From Cyanidioschyzon merolae (Eukaryota): a stretch of 64,000 bases of DNA. Shown in pieces: positions 22,347-34,500 of the stretch; within the stretch, counting starts at the first letter, position 1; each line of letters starts with the position of its first letter. Both the position numbers and the translations under genes were made by a program. The notes under the pieces are model-generated. The model was given only the letters and a program-made list of their open reading frames with translations. It made no database searches and was not told the origin of the DNA. The stretch is taken from assembly GCA_000091205.1 (NCBI GenBank), contig AP006501.2; one strand, written 5' to 3'.

Positions 22347-24950
22347 GTCTGCCGCCATCCATGAAAATACCCACACTGCGCACGAAATGATTCTCAGGAA
22401 ACTTTGCTAGGCATACAACCGATAGGCGGTTCGGGAGCACAAAAGATTTCGGGATATTAATCGAGGTGTTCACGTCTTGGTGCAGAGCGTGCTTGCACGA
22501 CTGATTGCTGGTGGATCCATGCCAGAAGACGCCGCACACACATTCCATTGCCTCGCCATCTGACGCTCGATCAGCGTGCCGTCTACAACGTCCAGCGACG
22601 GGCTCTGTTTTCCGCTCTTCTTCTCTGTCTGTTTCATCGTGCATTCGCGCTTGTGATGCGTTTATGTCGTCCTGAGCGCTTCGGTGGGAATCGATCAGTA
22701 CGGATCCCTGCATTTGTTGTGTGCTCTCGTCGAAGGAGTAGAAGTGCAGCCTTTGCACGCGCGATCGCAATTCCAGTGCCATAGACTGACATGAAACGAC
22801 GCGACCTGTAGGTCGTTTAAGTCTACAACGCATTGAATGAAGTGGCGAATGCAGGCGTCCTGCCTGGGTACAGCCGAATGAGTGTATGAGTAGAGCGCGC
22901 GCGCTCGTACGTCTGCCAACGACCGAATCGCATGAATCCGATAGATGTTCATATACGCTCTATATGAAGTGTCAAATAGCATCCACTTCTCTGCACTATG
23001 GCGCTCAGCGTTTCGGCGTAGGTCCCGCTGCCGTCATGCCACTCCATCGTATACCTCTGGACGCGTATCATGCCCGACTTGTGGCGTAGCGAGCACTGGG
23101 GAAATTCAGAAGCTTCATCTGCTTCCCATTCAGGTCCTTGCTTCAGAACACTTCAATTATCGGTGCGTAGACGAGCACGATATCCTTGGATATAGGGTAC
23201 ACGTGCGCCATCAATATTCGCTCTTCATCTACCTAGAGTGGTTGGTAGCGACTCTCGTTGCTGGGGTCGGGGTGAGGTTTCACGAGCTTCACGAAGTGCG
23301 TCCATAATGATATTCTGTCGTTCTTCACTGTCTTGGTCGTTTTCATTCCATTTCGTATCGGTAAACGAGAAGCCTTTGACAAGCTCCATCAGTTCTGCTC
23401 GCAAAGTTGCTCGAATGCCTCATAATTCCTCGTAGAGACATGCCGTAGCGCACTTTGCAAACTATTCACAACTCAAGCATCCACCGTGAAAGCATGCACC
23501 ATGATATAATACACGGAGAGCAACTCGAGCGGAAGTTTCTGGAAACCAGGGCGCCTGGATTCAGGGAGCGTGTCTTCTCTGCTCTTGACGCTTCAGTTCA
23601 GGAACATGTCACAGCGCAAAAATTCATGCGAGGCAGTTATCACGCTTCAACTGTGCTTTGAACAAGTCCTCCGCCTGGCCGCGGTCGTCGAGAGCAGAAA
23701 CATGACCTTGGACGAGGTCTAGCGACACTCGCTCTGTTTGCAATACTTCGTGCGAGCTCGGTTTCGCCTCGAGCACTGCCGCCACCAGTTCGTGATCCAC
23801 CTCCAATGACATGCCGAAAAACCGCTTTATGGATGTGAACGAGTCGTCTATTGGTTCGTGCTCGTAAACATAGGTCTCAAAGCAGAGAAGACTCCATGGA
23901 CAGGATAGAACCAGGGAGACTACGCTGGCACGAAGCACAGCTCATCGCTAGTCTGTGCTGTGCAGTCTGTGACCGCTTTTGCGTGATTGAAAGCAACGTC
24001 GTCTAAAAGCAGAACAGACTAGTTTGCAAAGACGCAGTTAAGAAGGGAGCCTCGACCAAGATTGAGGTCATGCATTATCATGCCCGCTTCACAATTGTTC
24101 ACTGATCATATCATGGCATTGCGTCTTGGGCCATTGTTGTCTTTATATGCTCCTGTCTCTTCTTTACGAACAGCGCTTTGCCCTTGGTTGTTGCGTGCCT
24201 AGTTACAGGTCTTCGCTTTATCCGGAATATACTCTCAATGAGCGAGACGAGCACCCGTCCCTCCTCTCAAACGTGTTCCGGCTTCCGTAAAACTGCGATG
24301 AAGGACTGTCCTACGAACGGCGATTTCCCATCGAGGCGCCCGTCTTCTGTCCCCATGTGTATCCCTTCAATACCAATCGTGTGAACTGTGCGGAAGCTGT
24401 ATACCGTGCGGTATCTCTTATGGTTTTTCTTAGAAAAAAAAGCGATGGACTAGAACAGATTGATCAGATAATTGTCATGTGGATCCTCTTTGACACATCC
24501 GGTTTTAGATACGCAACGTACAGGATAAGGACTAGAAGCCGAATGCTTCACCCGCCTGCTGACCATGGAATAATTTACTTGCAGAAGCAAGGCCCTTTCT
24601 CGCAAGGTAGCAGTCAGATTATCAAGTCATTCCTTGACCTTTCTCCAACTTACCGGATACGTTCCTTTTTGTTGAATACCCGTGAGAAAAACGAAGAAAA
24701 GCAAAAAACTGGCTGTCGCAGATTCTCTATGAATCACCGCTCTGAGGATAACGTTTCGGGATCGATGTGTCGAGCGAGGCATCCACCAGACGCGCGGAGC
24801 CCGGGACCCCGCAGTCGGAGGAGCGGCAACAATTCTGACCCGGGATCGTTAGATACAACGCACCGCATATCATACCTGACTTTAGGAGAATGCTCCATTC
24901 GAGAGATCTTCGGGGTGCTGAACCTGCCCCAGAAACTAGCCATAGTGCCG

Positions 24951-25080
24951 CAAGCTCCCCATTGGGCGCTTTATGGAGACAGAGTGTCATTGCCCTGGTC
25001 ATGGAGGTCACGACGCAAGCTCCCCATTGGGCGCTGTATGTAGACAGAGTGTCATTGCCCTGGTCATGGAGGTCACGACA
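24951..25080. repeat. Tandem duplication, ~65 bp x2
   Basis: 'caagctccccattgggcgct.tatg.agacagagtgtcattgccctggtcatggaggtcacgac' occurs twice. Confidence 0.85.
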
Positions 25081-26047
25081 CGAGACACGTTGACGCTCTG
25101 AACGCCATGCATTGACGCGAATTCGGCGCTGAACGAATTAGATGGTATCCCAATCGAGCAGTAGGCAGCTTGTCTGCATAATGTCAGTACTATAGAGAAT
25201 GAGTATCTCGGAAATGAATTCCGGAGTATTTTGACGAATACAAATACGCTGGTCGAAGAGGAGTCTCCATTGCGCGTAGCATTTCTTTTCGGAAGCTGCA
25301 CCCTTGTCGGCTACTGATAGAACGATGGACGACGTACAATATTCCTGAGATTCACATGATATCTGAACTTTATGTAGGTGACGAACCTCGACATTCGACG
25401 TGTAGCAGTAAGGGCCTTGGGAGTTATTCTTCGTTTTCGGCCTCTCGATAGTTTTGTTTTTCAGAGGGGCTCTTTCGACATTGTACCGCTGGGGTTCTTC
25501 GTGCGATTGTCTTCAAAATGATTCGTGACGTCCCTGAACAAGCGTTCATACAATTACCCATTGCATTGACCATTGCGTGCCCGCGGGCCCGCACTTGGAT
25601 CCGTTCCTCACAAGTCATCTGCTCAATTCACGCTGTTTTTTTGCGCTTCATTGTTTCAGCTTTTAGGCAACTAGTGGACACAGCGATTCACGCCGCTGGA
25701 TTCATGACGAACAGAGAAATCTCCGTCGTGCCTTGGCAACATCGTCACAAGTTTATGCGGAAAGTTCGACGAACTCTTCAAGTCATGGATAAAATCTGAA
25801 AGACAAATCCACGTGTCTTTGTACTCGTCACCGGTACGGCATACGACATAGGCATGATACCTCTCAGGAGGTATACCCACGAAAGGCTTTTTCTCCTCTG
25901 GGTACTTAAAAAAGGATGTTGGTCACGGACTTTCGTCATCGCAGAGATCCGTACCAGTAGAGATTTCGTCTCCGTTTTGCACGAAGGAAGCATCCATAGA
26001 TCGACATCCCTCGACTTGTGCTCCGGTCCGGATTCTGCTTCCTGTAC

Positions 26048-26639
26048 TCATTTCATCATATATAGCATTTCGTTCACCAGACCCTCTATCGAATGGAACA
26101 GCTTGCGCCTGCCTATGTAGCGCACAGCATATTCACCAGGCGCGTCGCATAGAAGATGCTCTTGGTCGTAGTGCACGATATCGGGTGTGGAAACTGACGA
26201 TTTGTGCATCGGCGGGAGCATGCTGGACATGTCAAGTGCATGTACCGAGCGTTGAAGCAACCATTGACGCACCGCAGGGCAGCGCTCTAGTGATGAGGAT
26301 GTTCGATGGACACTTGGAAACACCTGACCACAGCTACGTGCCAACGCTATGAATAGCGCACCAAAATTGCATAAGAAGATGATGCTGAAAATTGCAGGAG
26401 ATGCGTAGATCCCAACCTCCTGTTGAACACGAAATGCATGGACAACAGCCAGCAACTGCGAAATCGAGCCTTGAATGCTGCCATGCACACCGTTCACAGC
26501 TTGTGAACGGTGCTGGATCGACATTAGCGCCAAGCGTCTTAAAGGCCGCGAGTAAGTGTGAGGAATAGGAAGCAGTTCCAAAAAAAGCATGCTCGCGAAC
26601 GCTGGCGTTCATGACTCGGGTCGAAAGAGACCCGAACAT
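26048..26639 (-). CDS. Hypothetical membrane protein, possibly frameshifted (two overlapping ORFs, 26334..26639 and 26048..26590)
   Basis: Two same-strand ORFs in different frames; the second has a TM-like 'FSIIFLCNFGALFIALA'. No homology recognised. Confidence 0.2.
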
Positions 26640-26835
26640 TAGCGCATATGCACGTGTTCATAGCTTCGTTCCACGCTATGCTGATATGGGTCTGAAAAGA
26701 CCCGAACTTTAGCGTACATGCCCGTGTTCATAGCTTCGTTCCACTCTGTGCTGGTATGGGTCTGAAAAGACCCGAACTTTAGCGTACATGCCCGTGTTCA
26801 TAGCTTCGTTCCACGCTATGCTGATACGGATCTAG
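26576..26835. repeat. Tandem repeat, ~70 bp x ~3.5, each unit with an inverted-repeat hairpin
   Basis: Unit 'GGGTCTgaaaAGACCCgaactttagcgtacatgcccgtgttcatagcttcgttccac.ct.tgctg.tat'; stem gggtct/agaccc. Confidence 0.85.
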
Positions 26836-27423
26836 AGAGTTTCCCAAGACGAGCCGATGTGCATACCCGTAGCACATGTGGCATTCCGCACCCTCGATAG
26901 AATCATGTTCGATTCATCGATCCAAAAGTCAAAAAAGTTGCTGGTTAACCTGTATCCCGCATCTTTTGAGAGCAGCGCTCTAGATTCACAGGTCTACCTC
27001 ATAATAACCCGTACTCTTGATGCATTTGCGGATGCTATCCAAAAAAGACCTATCCATTGCGCTAGTTCATGGCTTGGATCACGTTCCACGCTACATAGCG
27101 ATGATTCGCGAATATCCACAGCTCTTGAAGCAGGCTCTCTCACGTGGTATCACGCAACCCTGCAAATAATCTTGACCACGAGAAAGCAAGTGTTCTTAAA
27201 CTGATCTGCTGCGGTTGTTGTGCGTTGCTGCGCGGTACAGAACCAAGTTCGGTGCACGTTACCCCGGTGGTGTTCTCGAAAGAGCGTCGCGTTTGGCGGT
27301 TCCAGTTGCAAAGGCCCAAGTCGTGCGTTTGCGGAAAGACAGGTAGCACTACAACACTTTGGCCTGGCTTCATTGCTCTCCATGATCCACTTGCTCGTTC
27401 CCTGATCAAACTAGTAGAGGCAC

Positions 27424-29796
27424 GTGAGGCGGGACTCGTCAAGCGCCATGGTCGTTCGTAGCCGAACGGAACAACTTCGTCGGATGGCGGCTGCACAATG
27501 GGAGGCTTCCTGGGGCGCAGCGGCTTCCCTGCAAGACCATCGTACAGAGGGCCTGGTCGAGTATCTTGAGAGCACCCGCAACGCAGGCACAGGAAAGACA
27601 CCTCCGCGGAGCGGCGCAAGTGCTGCGCCAGACGCACCCCAGTTTGCGAGCAACGAGAAGCGAGCGCCTCAGCAAGAGCCCCTACGACCATTGAACGAGG
27701 CGCTGGTGCGTTTAACGCCTACGACAGACTTTTTTGAGAACGTGCAAAGTACGGGCGTGGTGTCGGTTTCGACAGCTCTGGAAAGTGGCGGCGACAGGTG
27801 GACAACAGGTCAACGTTTAGCTCCGAAAACGTTCGCGTCGGGAAGCGCTCCAGGTTCTGCAGACCAAGCAGCAAAGCCAGAAATCGTACTCATTCAGGCT
27901 CAACAAAAGAGCTTGACACCTTCGATATCGAAAAGGACGAGAGAGAATGGCTCAGGGCGATCCAGAGTACATGCGAAGCCAGTACCCGAGTCCTCGTTTG
28001 GCGATGTTGAGGCACGAACCTGTGCGTTTATAGAGCAATGGCTCTGGGTGGCACTTACTGCTAACAAGACCAGCATTGGAACGTCCCAGAGTCAGGTAGA
28101 TGGCCTCATCATGGACGGGTGGTGGAGGTGGAACACGCCCAGCAACGCATGCCCATGGACAAAGGAGTGCGTCTCACTTGCCCGCGTTCTCGAGAAACTC
28201 GAATGTGAGCGACTTGCTGCATCGGAGCAAGCCCTGGATCGTCTCCAACAGCGACTATGTGAAGTGCGGGCCGTTTCAACCACAGCAGGAGCAGCAGCGG
28301 CAGCAGCTACTTTAGGTTCCGCGGGACATGTCACAAAGTCGCCCTCTGGAGTGCGAGGCGCCTCTGTACCAGGGGAAACCTTTCCCTCGCTGGATGCAAT
28401 ACATTCTCCATGTGGCGATCCGCAAGCACCAGCAATAACAAAAACAACAACAGCAACAACGATGAAACTTACTGGGAGCGCTAGCGCACATTCTGGTGCC
28501 ACTGAAAGCGCCTCATCTAGGTATGCACAAGGCGCAAAACTTCCATCTTCTCTCCCGGTAAGTGGTAGCGTTTCGAGTCCGGATGCGTCAGCCTTGACAC
28601 TCGAACGGGAGCCGCACACCAATGCCCACACCCGGGCATACTCCAAACCGGAAACGAAACCGATTCAGACTAGTCGAGCTGGAGTCACGTCGAAGGACGC
28701 GTCACCGTCACCGTCACCGTCACCAAGACCACATACATCGCTGCTGACACCGACTCCTGCAAGCACACTCGCACCAGACACGAGAAGAGATGCATCCGTG
28801 GACGCTTCAACCCGTGCAACATCGGCTATCGACGGCACTGCAGCGAGCGACGCGCCGACGACGCAGGTATCCCGTGCCTCTCCGGAAACAGCGCTTCCCG
28901 CAGATGTGCAACAGGTGTTGGATCACTATACGCAAATCTGCAACCTGGCGGACAAGTTCCAGCAAGATCCAGCGTCACAGTCTCTGCGTTTCCAGTTGCG
29001 AAAACGCATTAACTTGGCAGTCAACCAGATTGGGCTATCGTTACCCTCGGTCCTGCACAAGTCCAGTGTCCTCGCGGCGCTGCTGCACGAGTCACTCACG
29101 ACTGAGACTGCGGTCGAGTCATCAGAATCCGTCTCCTTGCTGGACGCTTGGTTACAGTTGCAGGTTGTTCGACGAATCGTTCGTGAAGGCGCGGAGCAGG
29201 TGGTTGTCTCCCTGCCGTCCAGTTTTGCCCTGGGTGCGGTGCTCGTGCTCTTGACCCAGCAACATCCACGTCTGAAACCAGTGGTGCTGGGCACCTTTTA
29301 TCAATTGTGTCCGTACACGATCCCGCACTGGTATCGACGTCGACCTGGAGAGTCGCTGGAAGCGTACCTGGTTCGGCTGGGCTACAGCAAACCTAACGAG
29401 TCCTTCGAGAGCTACTACGAGCGCATGGGCGGATACCTCTCGCTCTTTGCAGCTATGCTACAGACCGCTTTACCGAATATGCACCCGAACCCGTACGGCA
29501 CTGGCATGCTTTGGACTTGGAGCGCCCGCGTTGTGAACGCTAAACCGCGGCGCATGACATGCCTGCTTCTAGGCAACGTGTTCGAAGTCGCTGGATATGC
29601 GCTGAGCCAACAGTACGGCAACCAGTTCCGGAAACTGCTACGTCTTGTGGAGGCAGAAGTGCTCCCACGACTGCCCAAAGACGCACCACCGGGTCCGACA
29701 GCTCGCCTGAAACACTGGATAGAGGAGGCGCTGCGCAGTGGACCGCAGCCATGTCCAGGGCATATCCTGCCTATGCGGGACTCGCAAAACACCTAA
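27424..29796 (+). CDS. GLE1: GLE1-like nucleoporin / mRNA export factor (true start probably downstream of 27424)
   Basis: C-terminal ~300 aa align with the GLE1 domain: 'FQLRKRINLAVNQIG' vs FKLRKAVNLPVSQI, 'CPYTIPHWY' vs CPYSVPFYP, 'RLGYS' vs MLGYQ, 'RMGGYLSLFAAMLQ' vs RMSGMIRLYAAIIQ, 'LLGNVFEVAGYALSQQYGNQFRKLLRLVEAEVLPRL' vs [36 protein letters not shown]. Low-complexity S/T/P-rich N-terminal half. Confidence 0.8.
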   Translation: MRRDSSSAMVVRSRTEQLRRMAAAQWEASWGAAASLQDHRTEGLVEYLESTRNAGTGKTPPRSGASAAPDAPQFASNEKRAPQQEPLRPLNEALVRLTPTTDFFENVQSTGVVSVSTALESGGDRWTTGQRLAPKTFASGSAPGSADQAAKPEIVLIQAQQKSLTPSISKRTRENGSGRSRVHAKPVPESSFGDVEARTCAFIEQWLWVALTANKTSIGTSQSQVDGLIMDGWWRWNTPSNACPWTKECVSLARVLEKLECERLAASEQALDRLQQRLCEVRAVSTTAGAAAAAATLGSAGHVTKSPSGVRGASVPGETFPSLDAIHSPCGDPQAPAITKTTTATTMKLTGSASAHSGATESASSRYAQGAKLPSSLPVSGSVSSPDASALTLEREPHTNAHTRAYSKPETKPIQTSRAGVTSKDASPSPSPSPRPHTSLLTPTPASTLAPDTRRDASVDASTRATSAIDGTAASDAPTTQVSRASPETALPADVQQVLDHYTQICNLADKFQQDPASQSLRFQLRKRINLAVNQIGLSLPSVLHKSSVLAALLHESLTTETAVESSESVSLLDAWLQLQVVRRIVREGAEQVVVSLPSSFALGAVLVLLTQQHPRLKPVVLGTFYQLCPYTIPHWYRRRPGESLEAYLVRLGYSKPNESFESYYERMGGYLSLFAAMLQTALPNMHPNPYGTGMLWTWSARVVNAKPRRMTCLLLGNVFEVAGYALSQQYGNQFRKLLRLVEAEVLPRLPKDAPPGPTARLKHWIEEALRSGPQPCPGHILPMRDSQNT

Positions 29797-29998
29797 GTAA
29801 CCGGTTTAGGTATTGTGTGGTCGGACAGGCAGCCGATGTAGTGTATTATCGGGTAAGTCTTTAGTGAACGAGGAGTACACCGTTTTCCGACCGCTGTCTT
29901 CAGGTGCGGTTGCGCAGTGCTGGCGGTGGCGGCAGGTGTTACCGAACCGGACACCCCTTGACGGTGTCGGGTTACTAGTTTTTGCTTGAACAGGATCC

Positions 29999-31267
29999 AT
30001 GACTGCCCTCGTACGCCGTTACTTGACCTCAGTCGTCCGCTTTCGCAGATTGTTGCAGAACCCTCGAGCACCCAGTGGCCTCTTGGTGCTGTTCTTCGCG
30101 CTTGTGCTTCTCTGGTGGCTATGGTGGTGGTACAGCGGTGGACCGCACACCCCAGTCCGGTCACCGGCTTTCTTCCAGCTGCACCCGCTGAGGTTGCAGC
30201 CAGTCGGTGCCAATCGTTCGGTCTCTTTTGGACGTCTGTTAGGTGATCGCGAAACCCTTCTAGTCGGTGGTGTTGTCCCAATAGCAGCACCACGAGTGCC
30301 GCCGCCTGCCTGTCGCCTTCGAGTCGTGATACCACGAAGTGCCTCTGCTGCCTACGCGTGTCGCTTCGTCCACGAAACCTGGGAGTCAGACCATCACGAC
30401 AAGCCACTGACGAGTTTTGTCTGGTTCTTTTCGGCAAGTTCGCGAGTGCCCGCACACGCTCGTGAAGTCTGGTTAGAGCTGGCGGAGACCGAGGCGGTGG
30501 CGGTGGCGGTAGCTTTACCAGCACCGCCGCCTCCGCAGCACTTTCTCAGCGCCTGTGTGCCCGTACTTCAGAACAACGCTGACCCCGCACGGGTCCTCGA
30601 GTGGTTGCAACGGATGCGACGCAGACATGGGGTGAGCTTTGTGCGGATGTACTTGCCTGCTCGATGGCGTCCGACTCTTCTGGCGGCACTAGTCGAGGGT
30701 TATCGTGCTCATCGTCGCTCGCTGCCGCAGCTGGAGCTGCTGGAGTTACCGGACCCTCTCCCCATGCACTACTTTGGACAGTACCTGACTGTATACGATT
30801 GTTGGCTGCGCGAGGCGACGGTTGCCACTTGGACGCTATTTCTGGATCTCGACGAGGAGATTCACATCGAGTCCGAGACTAGTGTTGCTTTAACCGATTG
30901 GCTTCGTGAACAGCAACCACAACTGCTGGCAACGGCCACAGCAGGATTCACCCTGGGCTCCTGGCTCTATCACAAGGCCGGCATTGGACATGAGCCACGC
31001 AAGGCGCAACCGAGGCCTGTCTGCTTGCCACCGAAGCACGGTTGGCATCCCTGGTCCCAGGAAGACGCTGGTGGCACCCGCGTTCATCGACCGCCTCCCG
31101 AACGCTGTCTTGGCCCGCCGGGTCGTCGAAAATTGCTGCTTCAACCGGACAAGATGCGTCAGGTTCAGATTCATAAGGCTTACGCTCTGAGCGGTTATCG
31201 GATCGTGGATCTGAATACCTCGGTGATGCATATTGTGCACTATCGAGGATACGTGCGGGGCGCCTGA
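29999..31267 (+). CDS. Type II membrane glycosyltransferase, GT92 (DUF23)-like
   Basis: N-terminal signal anchor 'LLVLFFALVLLWWLWWW'. 'YLTVYDCWLREATVATWTLFLDLDEEIHI' fits the GT92 pattern (nDC...r...w..f.D.DEF.). C-terminal 'HIVHYRGY'. Confidence 0.45.
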   Translation: MTALVRRYLTSVVRFRRLLQNPRAPSGLLVLFFALVLLWWLWWWYSGGPHTPVRSPAFFQLHPLRLQPVGANRSVSFGRLLGDRETLLVGGVVPIAAPRVPPPACRLRVVIPRSASAAYACRFVHETWESDHHDKPLTSFVWFFSASSRVPAHAREVWLELAETEAVAVAVALPAPPPPQHFLSACVPVLQNNADPARVLEWLQRMRRRHGVSFVRMYLPARWRPTLLAALVEGYRAHRRSLPQLELLELPDPLPMHYFGQYLTVYDCWLREATVATWTLFLDLDEEIHIESETSVALTDWLREQQPQLLATATAGFTLGSWLYHKAGIGHEPRKAQPRPVCLPPKHGWHPWSQEDAGGTRVHRPPPERCLGPPGRRKLLLQPDKMRQVQIHKAYALSGYRIVDLNTSVMHIVHYRGYVRGA

Positions 31268-31526
31268 GTGCTCGCCTCGGTATCGCCGCGGCTCGGTGGC
31301 AGTTCAGGGACGGATGGCAACGGATACATAGGTGGCATTCTGTGCCAGCATCGTTGGGAAGCGCTTGCGAGGCAGCATAGTACGCGCCGCCTTGTCCGTT
31401 GGCTTGCTGGTGATACCGGTGATGCCGGCGATGCTACGACGTATAACGATGCGTCCAGGAGAGGCAATCGCAGCAGGCGCTGTTCAGGAATTTGCTGGTG
31501 CGTTCTTCTGCTGCGCTCGGAATGCT

Positions 31527-33431
31527 TTATGGTGTGCTGTCGTTTCGGTCTAGAGCGAGCCAGAGGATATCCGCTTTGCTCTGGTGGTTCGCAAGTGCCA
31601 GAGCGACACCGGTTGTCTGGTCACCAGTTGGCAGCTTTTCCGTCAGCGCGGCTAGATCCCCCAAGATGATCAGCACCTCCTGCACGAGCTCCGCAGCGTC
31701 TGCGCTCTTCACTTGATATTCGCGCTCCTCACTGATGCCCTGCTCCGTAGCGATGCCTTTGATTGCAGACGGCTCACAGCATACAGCCTCGTAGAATGTG
31801 GCACTGGTCGTATCGCGCTCATTCATGAGCAGCGGTATGCGCTTTCCGGTGGTCGTCGGGGCACAGTCACGGCAACCGAGCGTCCACAAACGTCCCTTAT
31901 CGGTGACAAGGCCCAGCGCACAACGCTGCAAATCCCGTCCGGTTTCGCTTCGGACCAGGTACCGAACGCGCAGAGGCATCGACAGCGCTACACACAGAAA
32001 GCGAAGCACGACCAGTGCTTCGAGTCGCCCCGGACCGAGCACCCCTGGAAACTCGACTCGAAACCAACCGCAATCGCTGTCGGTAGCGGACTCCATCCAG
32101 TAGAGGAGGACGCGCTCAGCATCACACGGACGAGTACAGGACGCTATCCACTCGCGCAGGAAACTTGGTTGTAGTTGCGCCCGACGCAGGTCGAACGACC
32201 CGTGTCGACGACTCCATCCAGGCCAGAAACTGGTCTCGACAGCCAAGGACGCGTCGGTGACAAGCACTCGCGGCGGACACAGGTGCTGGAAACGCTTCCA
32301 TGCCCAGATCGCTGCATTCCAGTGCGTCCATTGCTGGTCCAGGTGGCGTTGGTAGAGCCAGAACAACTGCGCACTGCGTTCATCACGAGTCTCTGGATGA
32401 TAGAGTCGCGGGGCGGCCACCTGCATCGTCCACGCCGGTGCAAACAGCGCTACGCTCGCTCCGGTCGACCAGGCTACGTCGAACGCTTCAAAGGTGCGGA
32501 ATCCACCGCCACCGGGCATCTTTCCCCGCCCGTACACATCAATGCCTACATAAATATCCTTCGCTGGTCGATTCAGCTGCGAGGCTCGCGCTACCGACTC
32601 GAGCAGCCTTTGACCTGTTTCCCAGCGGTAATCCAGGTACATGGCGGAGGCGACCTGGAAAAATGCCTCGTTTCTCGCATTCAGCCTGGACTGATGGGCG
32701 AGTTCACCATCCACCGTCAGGGCATCATACCAGATGACCGCTGCATGAGTACCCACTCGTTTCTGCAACTGCTCACGCAGCGTCGAGACAAAGATCAACA
32801 CGCGCTGTATTGCAGGCGACAGAGGAGTGCTCTGGTTGCGCGAGCTTGGCGAAACCTTGGCATCGTCGCGAATTTCCACTTCAAAGTTCACCAACCAGCC
32901 GTCAAAGCTAAATAGTTCAGCTAGACGAGCCAATCGATACGCGAGGAAGAAGATCGTGCGCAGATGGAGTAGCTGCTCCAGCAGGGCACCCCCGGCAGCG
33001 TGTTCGAGGACGCAGCTCCCAAAGCAGCGCACATGGTGCCGATGAGCGGCCTCGACCCAAGCCGGAGGCGGCATCGACACTCCATGGTGCGTGAAGTAGA
33101 CGAAATCGTCGATGAAAGACCACTCTCGAAAGTGGTACGCGAGCTCCGCCTCGGTTCGTGACCTCGTGCCATAGCACTCTGCGACGCTGTACGGTTGCGG
33201 AGCGTCGTGGCAGAGCAGTACGCGTTGGTGGCGCGTTGTCGACGGCTCTTGGAACGGAACTCGACTTTTTTGATCTAAATGTAAAGCACTAGATGATTCA
33301 TCCCAGTGTAAGAGCTCTTTAAGCGAGGAAAAGTACCATGAACCCGCTCCAGAGGTGGTTGAGGGCGTCTCCCCCATCCCATGAGCGCCAATATCGGCTG
33401 TGTACGATGCGAACGCGGAGCACCACAACAC
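31527..33431 (-). CDS. Cytosolic endo-beta-N-acetylglucosaminidase (ENGase, GH85); true start probably internal ATG ~33377 (MGETP...)
   Basis: 'FIDDFVYFTHHGVSMPPPAWVEAAHRHHVRCFGSCVLEH...LARLAELFSFDGWLVNFEVE' aligns with the GH85 core 'WDTFVYFSHH...IPPPGW.NTAHRHGVKVLGTFITE...LAELATALGFDGWLINIEN'. Confidence 0.85.
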   Translation of the reverse strand: MLWCSAFASYTADIGAHGMGETPSTTSGAGSWYFSSLKELLHWDESSSALHLDQKSRVPFQEPSTTRHQRVLLCHDAPQPYSVAECYGTRSRTEAELAYHFREWSFIDDFVYFTHHGVSMPPPAWVEAAHRHHVRCFGSCVLEHAAGGALLEQLLHLRTIFFLAYRLARLAELFSFDGWLVNFEVEIRDDAKVSPSSRNQSTPLSPAIQRVLIFVSTLREQLQKRVGTHAAVIWYDALTVDGELAHQSRLNARNEAFFQVASAMYLDYRWETGQRLLESVARASQLNRPAKDIYVGIDVYGRGKMPGGGGFRTFEAFDVAWSTGASVALFAPAWTMQVAAPRLYHPETRDERSAQLFWLYQRHLDQQWTHWNAAIWAWKRFQHLCPPRVLVTDASLAVETSFWPGWSRRHGSFDLRRAQLQPSFLREWIASCTRPCDAERVLLYWMESATDSDCGWFRVEFPGVLGPGRLEALVVLRFLCVALSMPLRVRYLVRSETGRDLQRCALGLVTDKGRLWTLGCRDCAPTTTGKRIPLLMNERDTTSATFYEAVCCEPSAIKGIATEQGISEEREYQVKSADAAELVQEVLIILGDLAALTEKLPTGDQTTGVALALANHQSKADILWLALDRNDSTP

Positions 33432-34500
33432 TGTACAGGATCATGAGCTGTACAGTGTAGGTAGGATTCCAAAGTGGTATGAGATATTCTTACTTGTCGT
33501 TAGACGTTGGATCATGAGCTGTACAGTGTAGGTAGGATTCCAAAGTGCTATGAGATATTCTTATTTGTCGTTCGACGTTGGATCATGGGCTGTACAGTGT
33601 AGGTCGGATTCCAAAGTGCAATGAGATATTCGTACTTGTCGTTCGACGTTGGATCATGAGCTGTACAGTGTAGGTCGGATTCCAAAGTGCAATGAGATAT
33701 TCTTACTTGTCGTTCGACGTTGGATCATGAGCTGTACAGTGTAGGTCGGATTCCAAAGTGCAATGAGATATTGTCACTTGTCGTTAGACGTTGGATCATG
33801 AGCTGTACAGTGTAGGTAGGATTCCAAAGTGCTATGAGATATTCTTACTTGTCGTTCGACGTTGGATCATGGGCTGTACAGTGTAGGTCGGATTCCAAAG
33901 TGCTATGAGATATTCTTACTTGTCGTTCGACGTTGGATCATGAGCTGTACAGTGTAGGTCGGATTCCAAAGTGCTATGAGATATTCTTACTTGTCGTTCG
34001 ACGTTGGATCATGAGCTGTACAGTGTAGGTCGGATTCCAAAGTGCAATGAGATATTGTCACTTGTCGTTAGACGTTGGATCATGAGCTGTACAGTGTAGG
34101 TAGGATTCCAAAGTGCTATGAGATATTCTTACTTGTCGTTCGACGTTGGATCATGAGCTGTACAGTGTAGGTCGGATTCCAAAGTGCTATGAGATATTCT
34201 TACTTGTCGTTCGACGTTGGATCATGAGCTGTACAGTGTAGGTCGGATTCCAAAGTGCTATGAGATATTCTTACTTGTCGTTCGACGTTGGATCATGAGC
34301 TGTACAGTGTAGGTCGGATTCCAAAGTGCTATGAGATATTCGTACTTGTCGTTCGACGTTGGATCATGAGCTGTACAGTGTAGGTCGGATTCCAAAGTGC
34401 AATGAGATATTCTTACTTGCCGTTCGACGTTGGATCATGAGCTGTACAGTGTAGGTCGGATTCCAAAGTGCTATGAGATATTCTTACTTGTCGTTAGGCT
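33432..34500. repeat. Minisatellite, 71-bp unit x ~15
   Basis: Unit 'tggatcatgagctgtacagtgtaggtcggattccaaagtgctatgagatattcttacttgtcgttcgacgt' with minor variants (gtaggtAgg, aagtgCaat, attGtcac). Begins immediately 5' of the ENGase start. Confidence 0.95.

Noticed and set aside
29793-30524. 243-aa minus-strand ORF
   Set aside because: Overlaps and is antisense to the GLE1 3' end and the GT92-like gene, which have real motifs.
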